Part shown: one piece after another, positions 49,621-62,656 of the stretch
Numbering within the stretch: the stretch's first letter is position 1
Layout of the letters: each line of letters starts with the position of its first letter
Source: Macrostomum lignano
Lineage: Eukaryota
Assembly (NCBI GenBank): GCA_002269645.1
Contig: NIVC01000986.1
Span: 124,001-188,000 of the forward strand
Length of the DNA: 64,000 nucleotides
Direction: 5' to 3'
Program-made: the position numbers and the translations under genes
The notes under the pieces: generated by a model
What the model was told of the DNA's origin: nothing
Databases searched by the model: none
What the model saw: only the letters and a program-made list of their open reading frames with translations

Positions 49621-52276
49621 TCAGCAAGACCTGGTGGCGAACACCAACTCCAGCGGCATCTGGTAGCTGTTTATGGACGAAGTCTGCTCATTGATGAAGT
49701 TCGAATGCAGCACGCAGCGCAGATCCAGCTGGAATGAGTGGGCATCGGTGTGAGTAAATCAAATCTTACCTTCTTGTCAATAAAACTTGACAAAAGTGCA
49801 CCCAGCCCGACTGGACTCGGCATGCAGGCTCGCACCCACCGGTTTCGTGGCGTCCCAGTCCGAGCAGAGGCCGAACAGCTGGGCGTATCGCTGGTCCAGC
49901 AGCTCGCGCTCCGCCCGCGAGCAGTCGGTGAGACAGCGCAGCGGCCGGTGCTCCGTGTGGTCCAGCTCGTACAGCAGCTGCGCCAACCGGTGAGCCAGCT
50001 GGCCCGGCCGGCCGCGAGCACTGTCCGGCTCGCTCTCCAGGAACTCGTCGTCCAGCTCGTCTTCGGCCCCCTCCTCCAGGATGCTTCTGGTTGGAACCGC
50101 TCTCGACAGCATGGAGGACCGCGGCAGCTGCAGCGCCTGATGATGGCCGCAGAGCTTGATGAGCCCGCTGCAGGTGCGAGAGAGGCGGAAGGGACTGCAG
50201 TGTCTGTGGGAGGAACTGCAGTGTCTGTGGGAGGGACTGCAGTGTCTGTGGGAGGAACTGCAGTGTCTGTGGGAGGGACTGCAGTGTCTGTGGGAGGGAC
50301 TGCAGTGTCTGTGGGAGGGACTGCAGTGTCTGTGGGAGGAACTGCAGTGTCTGTGGGAGGAACTGCAGTGTCTGTGGGAGGAACTGCAGTGTCTGTGGGA
50401 GGAACTGCAGTGTCTGTGGGAGGGACTGCAGTGTCTGTGGGAGGGACTGCAGTGTCTGTGGGAGGGACTGCAGTGTCTGTGGGAGGAACTGCAGTGTCTG
50501 TGGGAGGAACTGCAGTGTCTGTGGGAGGGACTGCAGTGTCTGTGGGAGGGACTGCAGTGTCTGTGGGAGGGACTGCAGTGTCTGTGGGAGGGACTGCAGT
50601 GTCTGTGGGAGGGACTGCAGTGTCTGTGGGAGGGACTGCAGTGTCTGTGGGAGGGACTGCAGTGTCTGTGGGAGGGACTGCAGTGTCTGTGGGAGGGACT
50701 GCAGTGTCTGTGGGAGGGACTGCAGTGTCTGTGGGAGGGACTGCAGTGTCTGTGGGAGGGACTGCAGTGTCTGTGGGAGGGACTGCAGTGTCTGTGGGAG
50801 GGACTGCAGTGTCTGTGGGAGGGACTGCAGTGTCTGTGGGAGGAACTGCAGTGTCTGTGGGAGGAACTGCAGTGTCTGTGGGAGGGACTGCAGTGTCTGT
50901 GGGAGGGACTGCAGTGTCTGTGGGAGGGACTGCAGTGTCTGTGGGAGGAACTGCAGTGTCTGTGGGAGGGACTGCAGTGTCTGTGGGAGGAACTGCAGTG
51001 TCTGTGGGAGGGACTGCAGTGTCTGTGGGAGGAACTGCAGTGTCTGTGGGAGGGACTGCAGTATCTTTTCGCACCTGCTGGTGAGCAGGATGTTTCTGGT
51101 GAGCAGGCAGGCCTCGGGGCGCAGCCGCACGTTGCGCAGGACGGTGACGGCAGCGCAGTCGGTGAGAAAAAGCAACCCGAGGCAGGCCTGCGCCAGCACA
51201 CAGGCGATCTCGCAGCCGTTCAGCGGCTGGCCCTCGGCGCCGGCCTCGCGAAAGAGCTCCAGCAGGGTCACGTGACTGGCGCTGGCCAGGTCAAATTCCA
51301 GGGTGAAGCGGCCGGCCTTGCCGGGCCTGGCGCCGGTGAGGCACAGCAGGTTCTCGTGGCGCACGCGGCACAGGGCGGCCAGTTCGGACCGCAGCGTCTC
51401 CAGGCTGCCCGCCACCTCCTTGAAGGCGGACGCGTCCATCAGGGCTGACAGCGCGGCCGCATCCGAGGAGCTGCCGCTCTTCCGGTGCCCGCCGCGCTGC
51501 TGTGCCGGGTTGGACCTGCGCCGCTGCGACTTCCGCTGCTGGCTCCCGGCGTCCATCAGGATTAGCGAGGGCCGAGGCGGCGGCGGCTGCTGCTGCTGTT
51601 GCTGCAAGAATTCGAGCAAGATTTATTGGCAACTATGGTGCGCTTATAGGGCCGACGCCAGCCTTGTCTGAATACTAAGGTAATTAATAATAAATTCGGT
51701 CAGCTTTCGTCATCACATTTTGCATTAAACCTGGATACCTACGAATGCACGCGCAACAACCATGTCATGCCTATCTCATGCCCTGAGACAACACTGAGCC
51801 AACACAGCCATGTCATGCCGATCTCATGGAACCAACACAGCCATGTCATGCTGATCTCATGGAGCCAACACAACCTTGTCATGCCGATCTCATGCCCTGA
51901 GGCAACACTGAGCCAACACAACCATGTCATGCCGATCTCATGCCCTGAGGCAACACTGAGCCAACACAACCATGTCATGCCGATCTCATGCCCTGAGGCA
52001 ACACTGAGCCAACACAACCATGTCATGCCCGCAAGCCCGCAAGCCACGAACCTCAGAGACGGAGCGGCCCCGGGCGCCGCCCTTGAGCTGCACGACCCGC
52101 TTGTAGGCCTGACGGATTCGCTCCGGGTCGGCCAGCATGACGGCCTGCATGCTGAGCTGCAGCTGCGTGAGGTCGGCCGAGTCTTCGTAGGCCTGCAGGA
52201 TCAGCCGGTGCAACTCCTCGTCCGTCAGCCGCTCCGGCTCCGGCCATCGCCCGCTGCCCCTGGCGTTCCCTGTCAT
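49621..52276 (-). CDS. Protein pseudokinase (kinase fold lacking HRD and DFG)
   Basis: Exons 52276-52052, 51601-51075, 50167-49840 and 49728-49621 are phase-consistent. The splice product has AFKEV...SELAALCRVRHENLL, IACVLAQACLGLLFL, NILLTSSGLIKLCGH, LAQLLYEL and KPLDLRCVLHSNFI, i.e. kinase subdomains II-XI without the catalytic aspartates. Confidence 0.7.
50193..51062. repeat. 21-bp minisatellite in pseudokinase intron 2 (about 41 copies)
   Basis: (ACTGCAGTGTCTGTGGGAGGR)n; generates five long artefactual ORFs. Confidence 0.97.
51760..52028. repeat. 48-bp tandem repeat in pseudokinase intron 1
   Basis: CCATGTCATGCCGATCTCATGCCCTGAGGCAACACTGAGCCAACACAA units. Confidence 0.88.
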
Positions 52277-52399
52277 TCGGAGCCGTCAACCTGAAAAATG
52301 TGGGGCGTCATTGCCGGTGTTTATCAATGCACGCCCGCTAGTGTAGGCGCTGCCACAAATCAAGGGTTTGCAGCGGCCCTGATTTTCTTATTGTCAGGC

Positions 52400-52439
52400 C
52401 AGGGACTACTCAATACATGTAATTATTGAGTAGTCCCTG
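52400..52439. mobile_element. 40-bp micro-hAT-like insertion
   Basis: Perfect 16-bp TIR CAGGGACTACTCAATA / TATTGAGTAGTCCCTG, 8-bp spacer, 8-bp TSD TGTCAGGC on both sides. Confidence 0.8.
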
Positions 52440-55400
52440 TGTCAGGCACGTACACTCTCTGTGCTTTGAAGTTGGCCCTCAATGACGACTTGGTCAAAAA
52501 CGCTAGGCCCAAAAACGCTAGACCAATTAAACTCGGCATGTTTTACGAGTTCCCACCCCCCAGAAACTGCCTTTCTGAGCCAAAATTTAACATGTCAAGG
52601 TCTGATCTTACTCTTCAGAGCTCTCAATTTATACTTTTTTGCTTCCGATCCACTTTGGTGCGTTGCAACGAGTCCAGCAGAGACTGAGAACTTGGATCAC
52701 CAGGCAATTAGTTTTTTTGCTATCTGTTCGGTCAATTTCCCAAACATCAAAGTCTAAACCAGCAGTCACGCATGCATCCACTGTCCTCTCTCTGTCCACC
52801 AGACTGTACTTTAACCATGCATTCCAGCTATGGCCCTGAAGTTGCTCGCACTTGGGCCAATCGATTTCTGTTGTCTATGGATTTCTGAGCTTGTCTGTGT
52901 AAAATTTCCGCCCCGCTGCCACGTCAGACTGCTGACGGCCACGCACCAATTTGAATAAATAGAAACCCAAATAGAACGCAAAAACCACAGAACGTAATCA
53001 TAAAAAGTGAAAGTATTGAATTGACCTTTCTGAGCAGTTCTATTTCAAAAATTTATTTTGCGCTGCATGCCCAAACCATACCATTAGGCTACTAAGTTAT
53101 GCTCGAAATCTGTATAATTTTTATATCACAAAAAATTTAGTGTCCCACAAAGTTCTCCCGAGTGGTCAAAACTCACCTCGATAGTTGCTGTAGTTTCCTT
53201 GACACACTTTGCAGTTCTGGCTGAGCAGCTATTCAGCGTACATACCTGTCTCCTTTTGCTTATTAAAAGCGAAACACAGCTTTGCCAGGCTTTCAATGTG
53301 CGCCATGAAGCCTGCGCAGAGGGAGAGGGAGGGACTGATAAGCAGCTTAGCTGTGCTGCTACAGGTCCGAGCCGGGGTGCGCAGCGCTGCGTACTCTGCC
53401 TGGGGCCGAATAAGACGTGTTGCTCGCGCGCATTGCCGGATCAGCTGCCACTTGGAGGCTTTCCGCCGCCGCGGCTCTCAACACCCCCCCCCCCAACATG
53501 CACACCAGCTGGCGCCCGCCCCTGCCTGGAAACCCCTGCGAACGACCAGGCCAGGCCAGGCCAGACGCTTTACACAGCACGGCGTCTGTATACGAGCTAC
53601 AGCATTGCCCCACCGGCCACTGTGCACTGCTGCGCCCCAAACTCGTACACTGGGGTATAACTTGTAATTTTGCACGTTGAAACTTGCAATTAAATTAGCG
53701 CAAAAGGTGTGTAATAGTCACAGGCTTTTTTAATTGACCTCCAGCCAGTATGGCAACCGAACCGTTTCAGCCAAACGTCCCACTTTCCGAGTTCCAAAAA
53801 AGGAACTTCCAAAACAAAGCTGTCAGAAAGCTATACATATAGCCTTGAGCTTTTTGTCTGCTTCTGCAATTCTTTAGGGCTTCCATGCCGCTTTGACGTG
53901 TCCGAAAACGTTCCAGGCAACTCCTTGACTCCAAGATTATGCTCAAGCTGCTGGCACTGATGGACTTGTTTTCGATAAAAAAAAGACCTGCTAGGGGAGG
54001 GAATTAAAGACCTGACAAGACAGTCGAGTGTGGCGAGGCAATGAAAGGCTAGGAGATGCAACCCAAGGCTCAACTTACAGAAATAAAAATGAGAGAACTT
54101 TAGAAAAAATGTATAGAATCGTATTGAGGCACGAGAGCGGATAAGAGCAGAAAAAACCGTGAAATCGAAGGCACGAACCACTCGAAAGCACTTCTATCCA
54201 AGAGCAACAGCAAAATGCAAAGCTGCAAGCATGGAATCTGCGGATTGAAAAGTATGCATGTCACACCATCACTCCGCCAGTTCACCACTTGAGAGGTAAG
54301 CCCAAGACGGTAAGCCTGGTCAGGTAGCGACTCCTCTGCTCAAGTTGCGTACCGAGAACAGATGAGAGCCCTGCCCATCGGTTGCTAGGCAGCACTAGAG
54401 AAAACTGTCAAACTTCAAGGCATGCAGACATGCAGGCAGTTAGCTCACCAACTGATAGGAAAGACAGGTTGCTTGCTGCCAAGCCGATGCGGAGACAACT
54501 CTCTAGCGCTGCTATGCACAGGCCAAAGCAGATGTCCTTTTAGTCTTGGAAGCAGTGCAGCCACACTGGGTTCGTCTTGCCATAACCGGACGGAGAGCTC
54601 AACCCCTTCGGGTTGGCGTTGAAAGGAGACAGCAGCCTCGAATGCTTCCGTCTTATGACCCGGTGATGTATTGCTGGGTCCTCAGCACCACAAACTTTGA
54701 ACCAACTGAACAGTGCGCGCTGATGTGGACACGCAGACTGTTGAATAATCTCAGGTGCCATTCGACCAGGTAGGCCAGGTAGTTCAGTAGCTCCGACCGG
54801 TGGGATCGAGCCGGGTTGGCCCCGTTCTTCTGCAGTAGCTGCGCCAGGACCGAAAGATTGCTCTACGTGACTGCAGTGCGTACGCTGCGTCAAGGAGGTC
54901 AGATGCGGCGGCTTAAAGGGTCAGCGGTGCAGAGAGGCGGACTGTCAAATGAAAAACGGGAGAGGTCAAAAAACTGAAAACGCGTGTTCCGAAAAAACCA
55001 CAGGGAAAATTTTGCACAGAGCAAGCAATAAGCACGAAAAACAAAATTAAGGCAACTCTTAATGCGATCGAGAGCAAGCCGTACCCGGTATTACAATTTG
55101 TCGTCTCCTGACCTTAGGGCCTCTTTCCGGAGATTGAATGTGCTTTGCGATCTCCCCCAGCGACTTTGCGATCTCTGGGTCGGAGAACGGTAGTTTCTTT
55201 GCAGTCTCCGGGGCACTTTCTGATCTCCCCACCCCGGAGGCTGCGGGGCAGCTACTTTTCTCCGTCCTGGAGATCGAAAATCACCTTGGAATCTCCGAAC
55301 TTGATAACAACTAAGGTTTACTTCAGGGACTCCGGCTTTGTTATTTGGGATTTTACGCCTTTGCGGTCATCGTGTAAAAAATTCTAACTCTGACTCGGTT

Positions 55401-57124
55401 CCCTGGTCGAAGAACTCCGGGCGCCTGACCTGGGTTCGCGTGCGCCTGGTGCATGGTGTAGGCTATATTTTTCACTTCATAGAACATTTCGTCATTTTCA
55501 ACAGCAAAACCCGGGCTTTTTTCTAATTCGACGCTTCAATTTGTCATTTTTGTTAGACGTCAGGTGCCATAGTGAGGCCTTCTCTTAGCGGTACGTGGGG
55601 TGAATTATAGTGTTGAATTGTTTATATAATATACTTTTAAAAAACAAAAAATATGCACGCTTTGAAAGTTAGAGGGGTGAATGACTATAAACAAAATTCA
55701 TTGACTCTGAATTATGCCCAAAGGTGATCGCAACGCACCGGAGATTTTAAAGCCCAACTTATGTTGAGCTTCACGTTCTCTAAGGGTAGGAGTAGAACGC
55801 AAGTACATTGTTGCCTCACGGTCTCCCCACTGGAGATCGCAAGAGGCCTTTACCCCAACTCCAACATCGGCCAACAGCTAACCGACGCCAGGAACGTTAA
55901 GACACCAGGACGGCATCAGCCGCATCAGTTGCGGATCTTTAAATGGCGTGCGGATCCCTGGATACTTGAAGTACATCTCCCCTCAGAATCTAACATAACC
56001 CGGCTGACTAACTTTGAGATTGGACTGGCAGGCTGACCCATCTCAAAGCAGCCAGCAGGATAACCTCAGCTTCCTTTTAACTGATGCAAGTAATCCTGAA
56101 AACACCTTTGCATCATTTTGCTGATCAACTAAGCACCAACCATGGATTCCATCACCGTCATGGACCACAGTCGCGGAACTTGAAGACAACGAGTCGATCT
56201 CCATGGCAACATGGAGGCAACATGGTCTCCATGGCTTTGCTTAGTGCAAGTTGACTCTTTGATATCTTCATATTGGCATGCAAGCCTCGCACGAAAATAA
56301 CGTGACATTTGATTTTTCTACAACAGCCAACATCCAAACAGCCCCCCTGCCACTCAAGGCGGTTAGCATTTGCAGGCTCGGTGCATAGGAAGTAGCTACC
56401 TGTCTTCTGTGAGACAGCTGCAGATGCTAATGACATTTGATAACTGACAGGCAATACGTTGCCGTCATCTCAGCTGCGTGAGGCCTTTTTTAAGGCACCT
56501 GTTTATAATTCTCACGTTGGAATGACTCAAACCCGCCATAGAGCTGTCATCAGTTGTTAATTTGCAATAACAAATTGCAGCATCAATAAATTTTTTAAAG
56601 GTCAACACGAGTTTTGCTTTACGAGTCTGGCTGAAGCCATGCTGGGCCTCGCGCAAAAGAGCAGAAAACAGAGGAAGCACTGAGTCAATGAATTTCATTT
56701 CTTGTTCGATTCGGGGAAGCGAGGATTCGGTAAGCAGGAATCTTAGCGATCTGACCTGAACAACTCATCTCAAGAACAAAAAAGGCTAAGGGAAATACGA
56801 TGATGAGCATGCAAATTTGCTCATCAAACACAACCCGAACTGAGGCCCGCAAACACGGAATTTAAAGTCTATAAAGTCTATTGGGAGCTGCTTGGCAGCA
56901 GGCATCAGGTGATTCCCCGAATTTCCTGTGAGTTTCGTGAGCATACAATGCAGGGCACAGCGAACTGCAAGCTGCGGTGTCAATGCGCCGTCTATGTGCC
57001 ATTGGTTGGCAGCGACCCGACCAATGAATGCCGACACCTGCTGCGGCCAGCCGCTGACTTCATTTGCCGACTCAGACGCTTCAGCCAGCAGCCAGTCCTC
57101 CGACTCTCGGGCCTCAGCCACAAG

Positions 57125-58325
57125 ATGCTTGTGCAGCTCGCTGCTCTTGCGTTGCAGCTGCTGATCCCCCAGGCTTCGCTGGCTGAGGCGGCTCGGCAGC
57201 TGACCTTCCGCTACCTCGGCTGCTACGTGGAGGGCGCGCCAAGCGGTCGCGACCTGGGCGGCATGAAGGGCCTGGCGAAGCTGGGCCCGCACCCAATCGC
57301 GAGCGCCATGGAGGGCCTGGCGTGGAATTCGGGCATGACGCACGAGCTGTGCGGCCGGATCTGCGCTCTGGGCGGCTTCACCTACTTTGGCGTGCAATAC
57401 AGCCGGGTGTGCTCTTGCGACTTCACCTACGGATCCTACGGCCCGGCAAAGGAGTCCAGCTGCTCTCACAGCTGTGTTGGGAACGCTACACAAAAGTGCG
57501 GAGGCTACTTCAGGAACTCTATGTTTGAGATTCGATACCTGGGTGAGCAGTTGCTTAGACCTGAAATTTTAATCTACTGGGGTTGGTTGAGTGAGCTCAC
57601 TGTACATGTAGATCTCAGAGACACTTATCAATAGCATTATAGAAGAACTCTGAGTCCATAGAGTTCATAGTCGTCAATAGAGTTCAATTAAAACCCAAGC
57701 TAGCTGTCTGCGGATTAAAAACTGAGGTTGATGCTGCTGAATGTGACCTCAGAAAACCAGTCTTTCTTGGACAAAGACTGCTTCAAGCTGCTTTTCTCCG
57801 TATGCAAGATCTCTCTGCTGCAAGAATGAGCACATAAAATATCCAGGAATATTTCAGACCCAAAGCAAGCGTTCCAGCTCTGCTGCTCTGCTGCTCTGCT
57901 GCTCTGCTGCTCTGCTGCTCTGATCTGGGTAAAGCACTACATACATGCTTACTGCTTTTGATAACTAAATCCTTGGATTGTGGCTGGAATGCCATGGGCA
58001 ACTAAAATTCCCTCCCAGTGGCGTGAACCCCATGCATGGCTCGCATTCGCGCAATTCAACCCTCAAATTTTCAGACGGCAACGTGTTTAAACGGATCGCT
58101 GGTGGCTCAGTGCTGCAAGTGACGGTGAGCCCGGGCTACTCCGTGACAACCGGCAGTCTGGGCTCGGGGAGGAGCCTCTTTGACTGCCTGGTGGAGTGCC
58201 AGGCCGCGGCCAGCGGTTGCCAGGCCGCCTTCTTCACCACTGGAAGCCGCTGCCATTTGCTACGGTTTGCCGCTGTGCCCGCGTCTCTGGCCACGCTGCA
58301 GGGCGAGCTTTGGAGCCGGGCCTGA
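57125..58325 (+). CDS. Secreted WSC-domain protein with C-terminal PAN/apple-like module
   Basis: Exons 57125-57542 and 58075-58325 (phase 1). Signal peptide; WSC pattern YLGCY...MTHELCGRIC...YFGVQYSRVCSC...CSHSCVGN...CGG; second exon has CLVECQAAASGCQAAFF...C. Confidence 0.85.
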
Positions 58326-59659
58326 CTGCAGCTCAATAACAATACGAGCGTACCGATTTTATCGATCATAGTACTTTTAGTAGCAATACGTCTAGAAATG
58401 CACGAGTGACATTTTCATGAAAAACTGCCTACGATGCATATTTAATATACGCAGACGTAAATAAAATAAATGGAAGGCAGTTTAACCGCTCCTGGAAGAA
58501 ACACGTGGCATTTGCAATCAATCGAACCGTTATTTGGCGAACGCATCTTGTTGTTGTCGTGCATGACGTAGGGAATGTCGTTCCGGTCTGTGATGCTGTG
58601 AGTCTGTGAGTCTGTCCTTGAAGAACTTGCACAGTCAAGCACAACGCGGTTGAGCCTTATGGTTCAACCCTTGTAGCCCGTGGTGCTGGTTCTGAAGCTG
58701 TTGTCTGGGAAGTCGCGCGTGGGCGGCTACAGCACGATCCCAGCAGAGGCCCAGCAGACCGGCAAATTCAAAGACGTCTAGAACAGGTCCCTCAGCTAGC
58801 TGCAGCATGCAGAACAAGAAGAATGGGTGCCTGGGCTCCGATATCATGAAGGCGGGGTTTCCGGCCACTGAACACCAAACAAGAACATGGCATGGGTCTC
58901 AGTAGTTGTCAGCTGGGTAACTTGAGAAGCGAGTCCAGCGGCCGCAACAGCTATAGTAGTCTTGCGTAGACTCTTCCAAACCTTAACTAGGATCCTTAAC
59001 TAGTCAAGACATACCGGTATGAGCCAAGCAGCTACTACGACAGCATCAGCTGTTCTCAGGCTTAAATTTAGCTATTGGTAAAGAGCAACTCCGAATGCCC
59101 TTATAGTTTTATGGTCTCAACAGCAGGTTCTAGCTCATCAGGTAGTCTCGTCTGGACACCCAGGGCTTTTCCGTTGGAGCCGATTCTCGAGCAGCCTCAA
59201 ACAGCACATGTAAACTCGATACCAACTGGATGGCTTACATGTTCGTCCAACTCAGTGACAAGCCGGATGTCCCTAGTGACCTCAGCGCCACTTGGAAGGA
59301 GGCAAGCAGATCTTTAAACAGAAAAGGGTTCCGTCACAATTGATGGCATCAAGCTTGTATTTTTTACATCTTTTGGCACACTTCTGACGATTGGCGATCT
59401 GCCCTCTTCATCCCCAGCATCTTCCGTGCTGGAACTTACTTCTTCAAGCCGCTGCAAGCCGCTGTCTTGCTCCTAGTTCACACTTGTCACTTGCCTGACA
59501 AAAGACTGAATTTGGAACTTCAAAGATCCAATTAGCTGCTACTTCCAGGCTCTGGCAGCTTGGCGTCCTAGGCTCTCTTTCTACTTCTGGAGTACTGTGA
59601 CAGAGTGGCGTCTTTCGAGTTGGTCTCTGCCTTGCGAACCACAAGTCAGTGTAGGAAAG

Positions 59660-62330
59660 GAAATTTCGACATAAACATTAAAACGTGAATGCAAACGCGT
59701 TTCGTATATATGGCTATGAAGTCTTTAGGGCAGGTAACTTTTTATTCAATCAACCAAATAAATATACATGTGTAATGAGAACAATAATGATAAAAAATGA
59801 TACTTTGAAGAATAATCGATGAGAAGCACAATGTACAGCCCGCAACATCCAAAACATAGGTTAGGGGCAGTCTGATCAGTAAAACAAACAAATAACAACA
59901 ACAGACTAAAGGTAGACCGTGCCAATCTCAGGACACTCTAAGCTCCAATTGCCAGTTGAGTACCCGTATCTACGAGTAGATTAGGTTTGTTAGTTTCAAG
60001 AATTTTAAGTTTAAAGCCAAATTCATTACCACAAGTAGCTTCGCGAGCCAAAGGTTACTCAAACTGGTTTTAAAAAGAGGCTGAACCAACGGTATACATT
60101 TGTTGAGCAAGATTTGACCCCGCAGAGCTGCTGGAGGTAATTCGAGCCGGCCTCAACTGTCAATACAACAGCTATCGATCACCTTAGCCAGCGGCATCTG
60201 TTCATTCTCTCTAAAAGCTTTGCACATCAAAAAATTCTGAATGGCAGAATCTGAGCTAGCGCTTTCTAACCCTAGTGTGCAGGTGACGTTTATTTTTCCC
60301 ATATAGGAAATACTCTGATCAACGGAACTGATAAGCAACACCAGCCTTGAGGGGAAGAGGCGCAATGGATTCTAGTCAACTCACATAACGACCAATCTTG
60401 TCAGTGCGAAAGAGAGGGTCATCCCTTTAAGAGTCAGACCGCTTGCTCACCTTAGATAAATTCATTTTTCCATGACAAAACCATGGATCATGCAATTGGT
60501 GGAACCAGCTATTAGATCTGAGAATTTCGGTCAGAGTAAGCTCGTGAAACGAGGCCCAAGAGCAACACACCTCATGCAGAAATATGCAGAAGGCATCTGA
60601 CCAGACCGCTTTTCCAATTAAATGGGCATAACGCACCACAGTTCAGCATCAGCCCTGTGAAGGTGCGCTTACGATACATCTTAGTATTAGCAAGCTTCCA
60701 GTACATGCTGTCACCTGTGTCAACAAAGGGAAGTTTCTTGTCTCCTCTACACAGTATATAAATTTAATGCCAGGGTGAATGGAGTTGATGACTTTGAAAG
60801 AATTCTCCTGATCTTTAGCATTGTCAAAAATCTCGAACGTTTTGTCAACATACGGCCTATAAAAGCTTGAAGCACAAGGCAAATTAATCCAGTTAGTGAA
60901 TGGTGGACGGACCCGATGTATCATGCCGAAGTCCGCGAAAGTACAAGCATCTGTAATTGAATTGACACGACTCAATTGATTTTCTCTTTAGAGTTCGTTG
61001 AGAGAAAGCGACAATGCGCTCTGGGTCACTGGCTGGTTTGACTTTATTTATTTAGATAAAGCGAAGAGAAATTAACGCGTGGGGGGTTAGTCGAGGGCGC
61101 CCAGGGTACGAGCAGATGTAAATTGCACGACAGGGCGGAGCGGGGTGAAAGGTTAGTCGGCTTTCACTTAATGTAAAAAAACATTTTGGGCGGAATAAAT
61201 ATGTACTTTTCCGCCACAGCATCTATCAGTAAGCATATATTGGTTTTCAAACATAAACAGGCCAGAGACAGCCAATCCTAAAAGTTTTTTGAAAATAACC
61301 TTTCAAAAATGGTAATGACATTGTGCTGGTGGACGAGATCATTAGCTAATTTGATATGAATATTGGTAAAGAGAGACAACATCGACTAACTCATCGCCTT
61401 TTAACTGAACACTACGGATGGCTCCAATGAACCCTCCTCATTAGATTTCAAGAATATTCAGGAGAAATTCGAGGCTTAATGAGATCATCAAGAAACTTAG
61501 CCAACTCATATTCAGCGATATTCACCATGGAGACAGTTGGTCAGCCCCAAGAGTTGGCCAGGTTGGCTACCAATGAGTATGATTCTTCTTCTCTGATCTT
61601 TTCATCATCGATTTGCGAGTTAATGAGTTCGTAGGAGTTCTGAGAGCGGATCCATCGGATTTGAGCACAGGATGGGACGTAGCGACTCCTTCCGCCTGAC
61701 CGAGGCACTGGAATTGAGTTTTGTTACTCAAAGCAACATTTGTCTTGTTTATATAATCCTGGAAATCAGGGATAGCGACACCATATCCTTTGTCATCGCC
61801 AGTAACCTTGATCGCTTTATTGTTGCTCAGATTTCCCAAGTCCGATGCAAAAGTCCTTTGGTTCTCAATCACGCTTTTAGCCTTAGTACTGAAATTGTCG
61901 AAGCCAATCCTAATTTTCGATTTGAAATAATTAGGCAAGTGAATTGTGAGTTCAAAGTGCCCAAAGCATTCTCCCGAGGCAGAACTTACCTATCGCGTAT
62001 TCAATTTCCTGCCTTGAAATTTGGTTACCTTTTGTTACGCGTTGGCATTCACTCGTTAATGCTTGTGTTGACATTTGTTTTCCTGCTATTGTTAAAATCA
62101 GCGAATCCCCCGGAGTTCTACAATATTTTATCCACAGGTCTACAAAACTTTTTTATTGCAATTTCAATAATTACGAGCTGGTGAGCCATAAGGTTTGTCT
62201 TCCAGTCGTAAAATTGTCCCTATTGCGTTTTCGATGTGATGAGGATCGACTCATTGTTAGGGACGACTAAAAGTATACACAAATGCAAAATATCCAACAA
62301 GATTCGTTCAGAAAAGTTTGTTTAATCCAT
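59660..62330 (-). mobile_element. Heavily decayed Penelope-like element
   Basis: Fragmented motifs GDDKGYGVAI..DYINK, EYELAKFLDDLIKP, YVDKTFEIF...NSIHPGIKF, SYMGK and ILETNKPNL on the minus strand, with many stops and frameshifts. Confidence 0.75.
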
Positions 62331-62656
62331 TCTGCTCGTCAAACAACGCAATTAATGTCACAAGCTACATACACATAACTTACAGTAGTTATCATCTGTT
62401 TATCTTGCTTTCCTGTTCCTACATCCGATTCCACAGCGGTAAAAGCTACCTGGGTTGGCTAAAAACTTCTGCTTTTAGTCGGTTGAGTACTGAGCTGGTC
62501 ACTAACAAGCTCGTGGATGATAAAAGCTTTCCACCACTTCACTGCGGCCCATCGCTCTCTCCTTTATCCAGAGGCAAGGAAAGCAAACTGAAGGCAAAGT
62601 GCAAGTCCTGTGCTAAATAAACCTGCGCTAATCGGTTACTGCAAATTCTCATAGCA

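Noticed and set aside
49671-51448. Five ORFs of 430-617 aa (PPTDTAV, GGTAVSV, LPQTLQS, SHRHCSP, LQCLWEG repeats)
   Set aside because: They are frames through a 21-bp intronic minisatellite; GT-AG splicing around it gives a continuous kinase-like sequence.
53199-56740. Many short GC-rich ORFs, including one with a QHGF RT-like word
   Set aside because: Could be decayed TEs, but I found no multi-motif support for a specific class.
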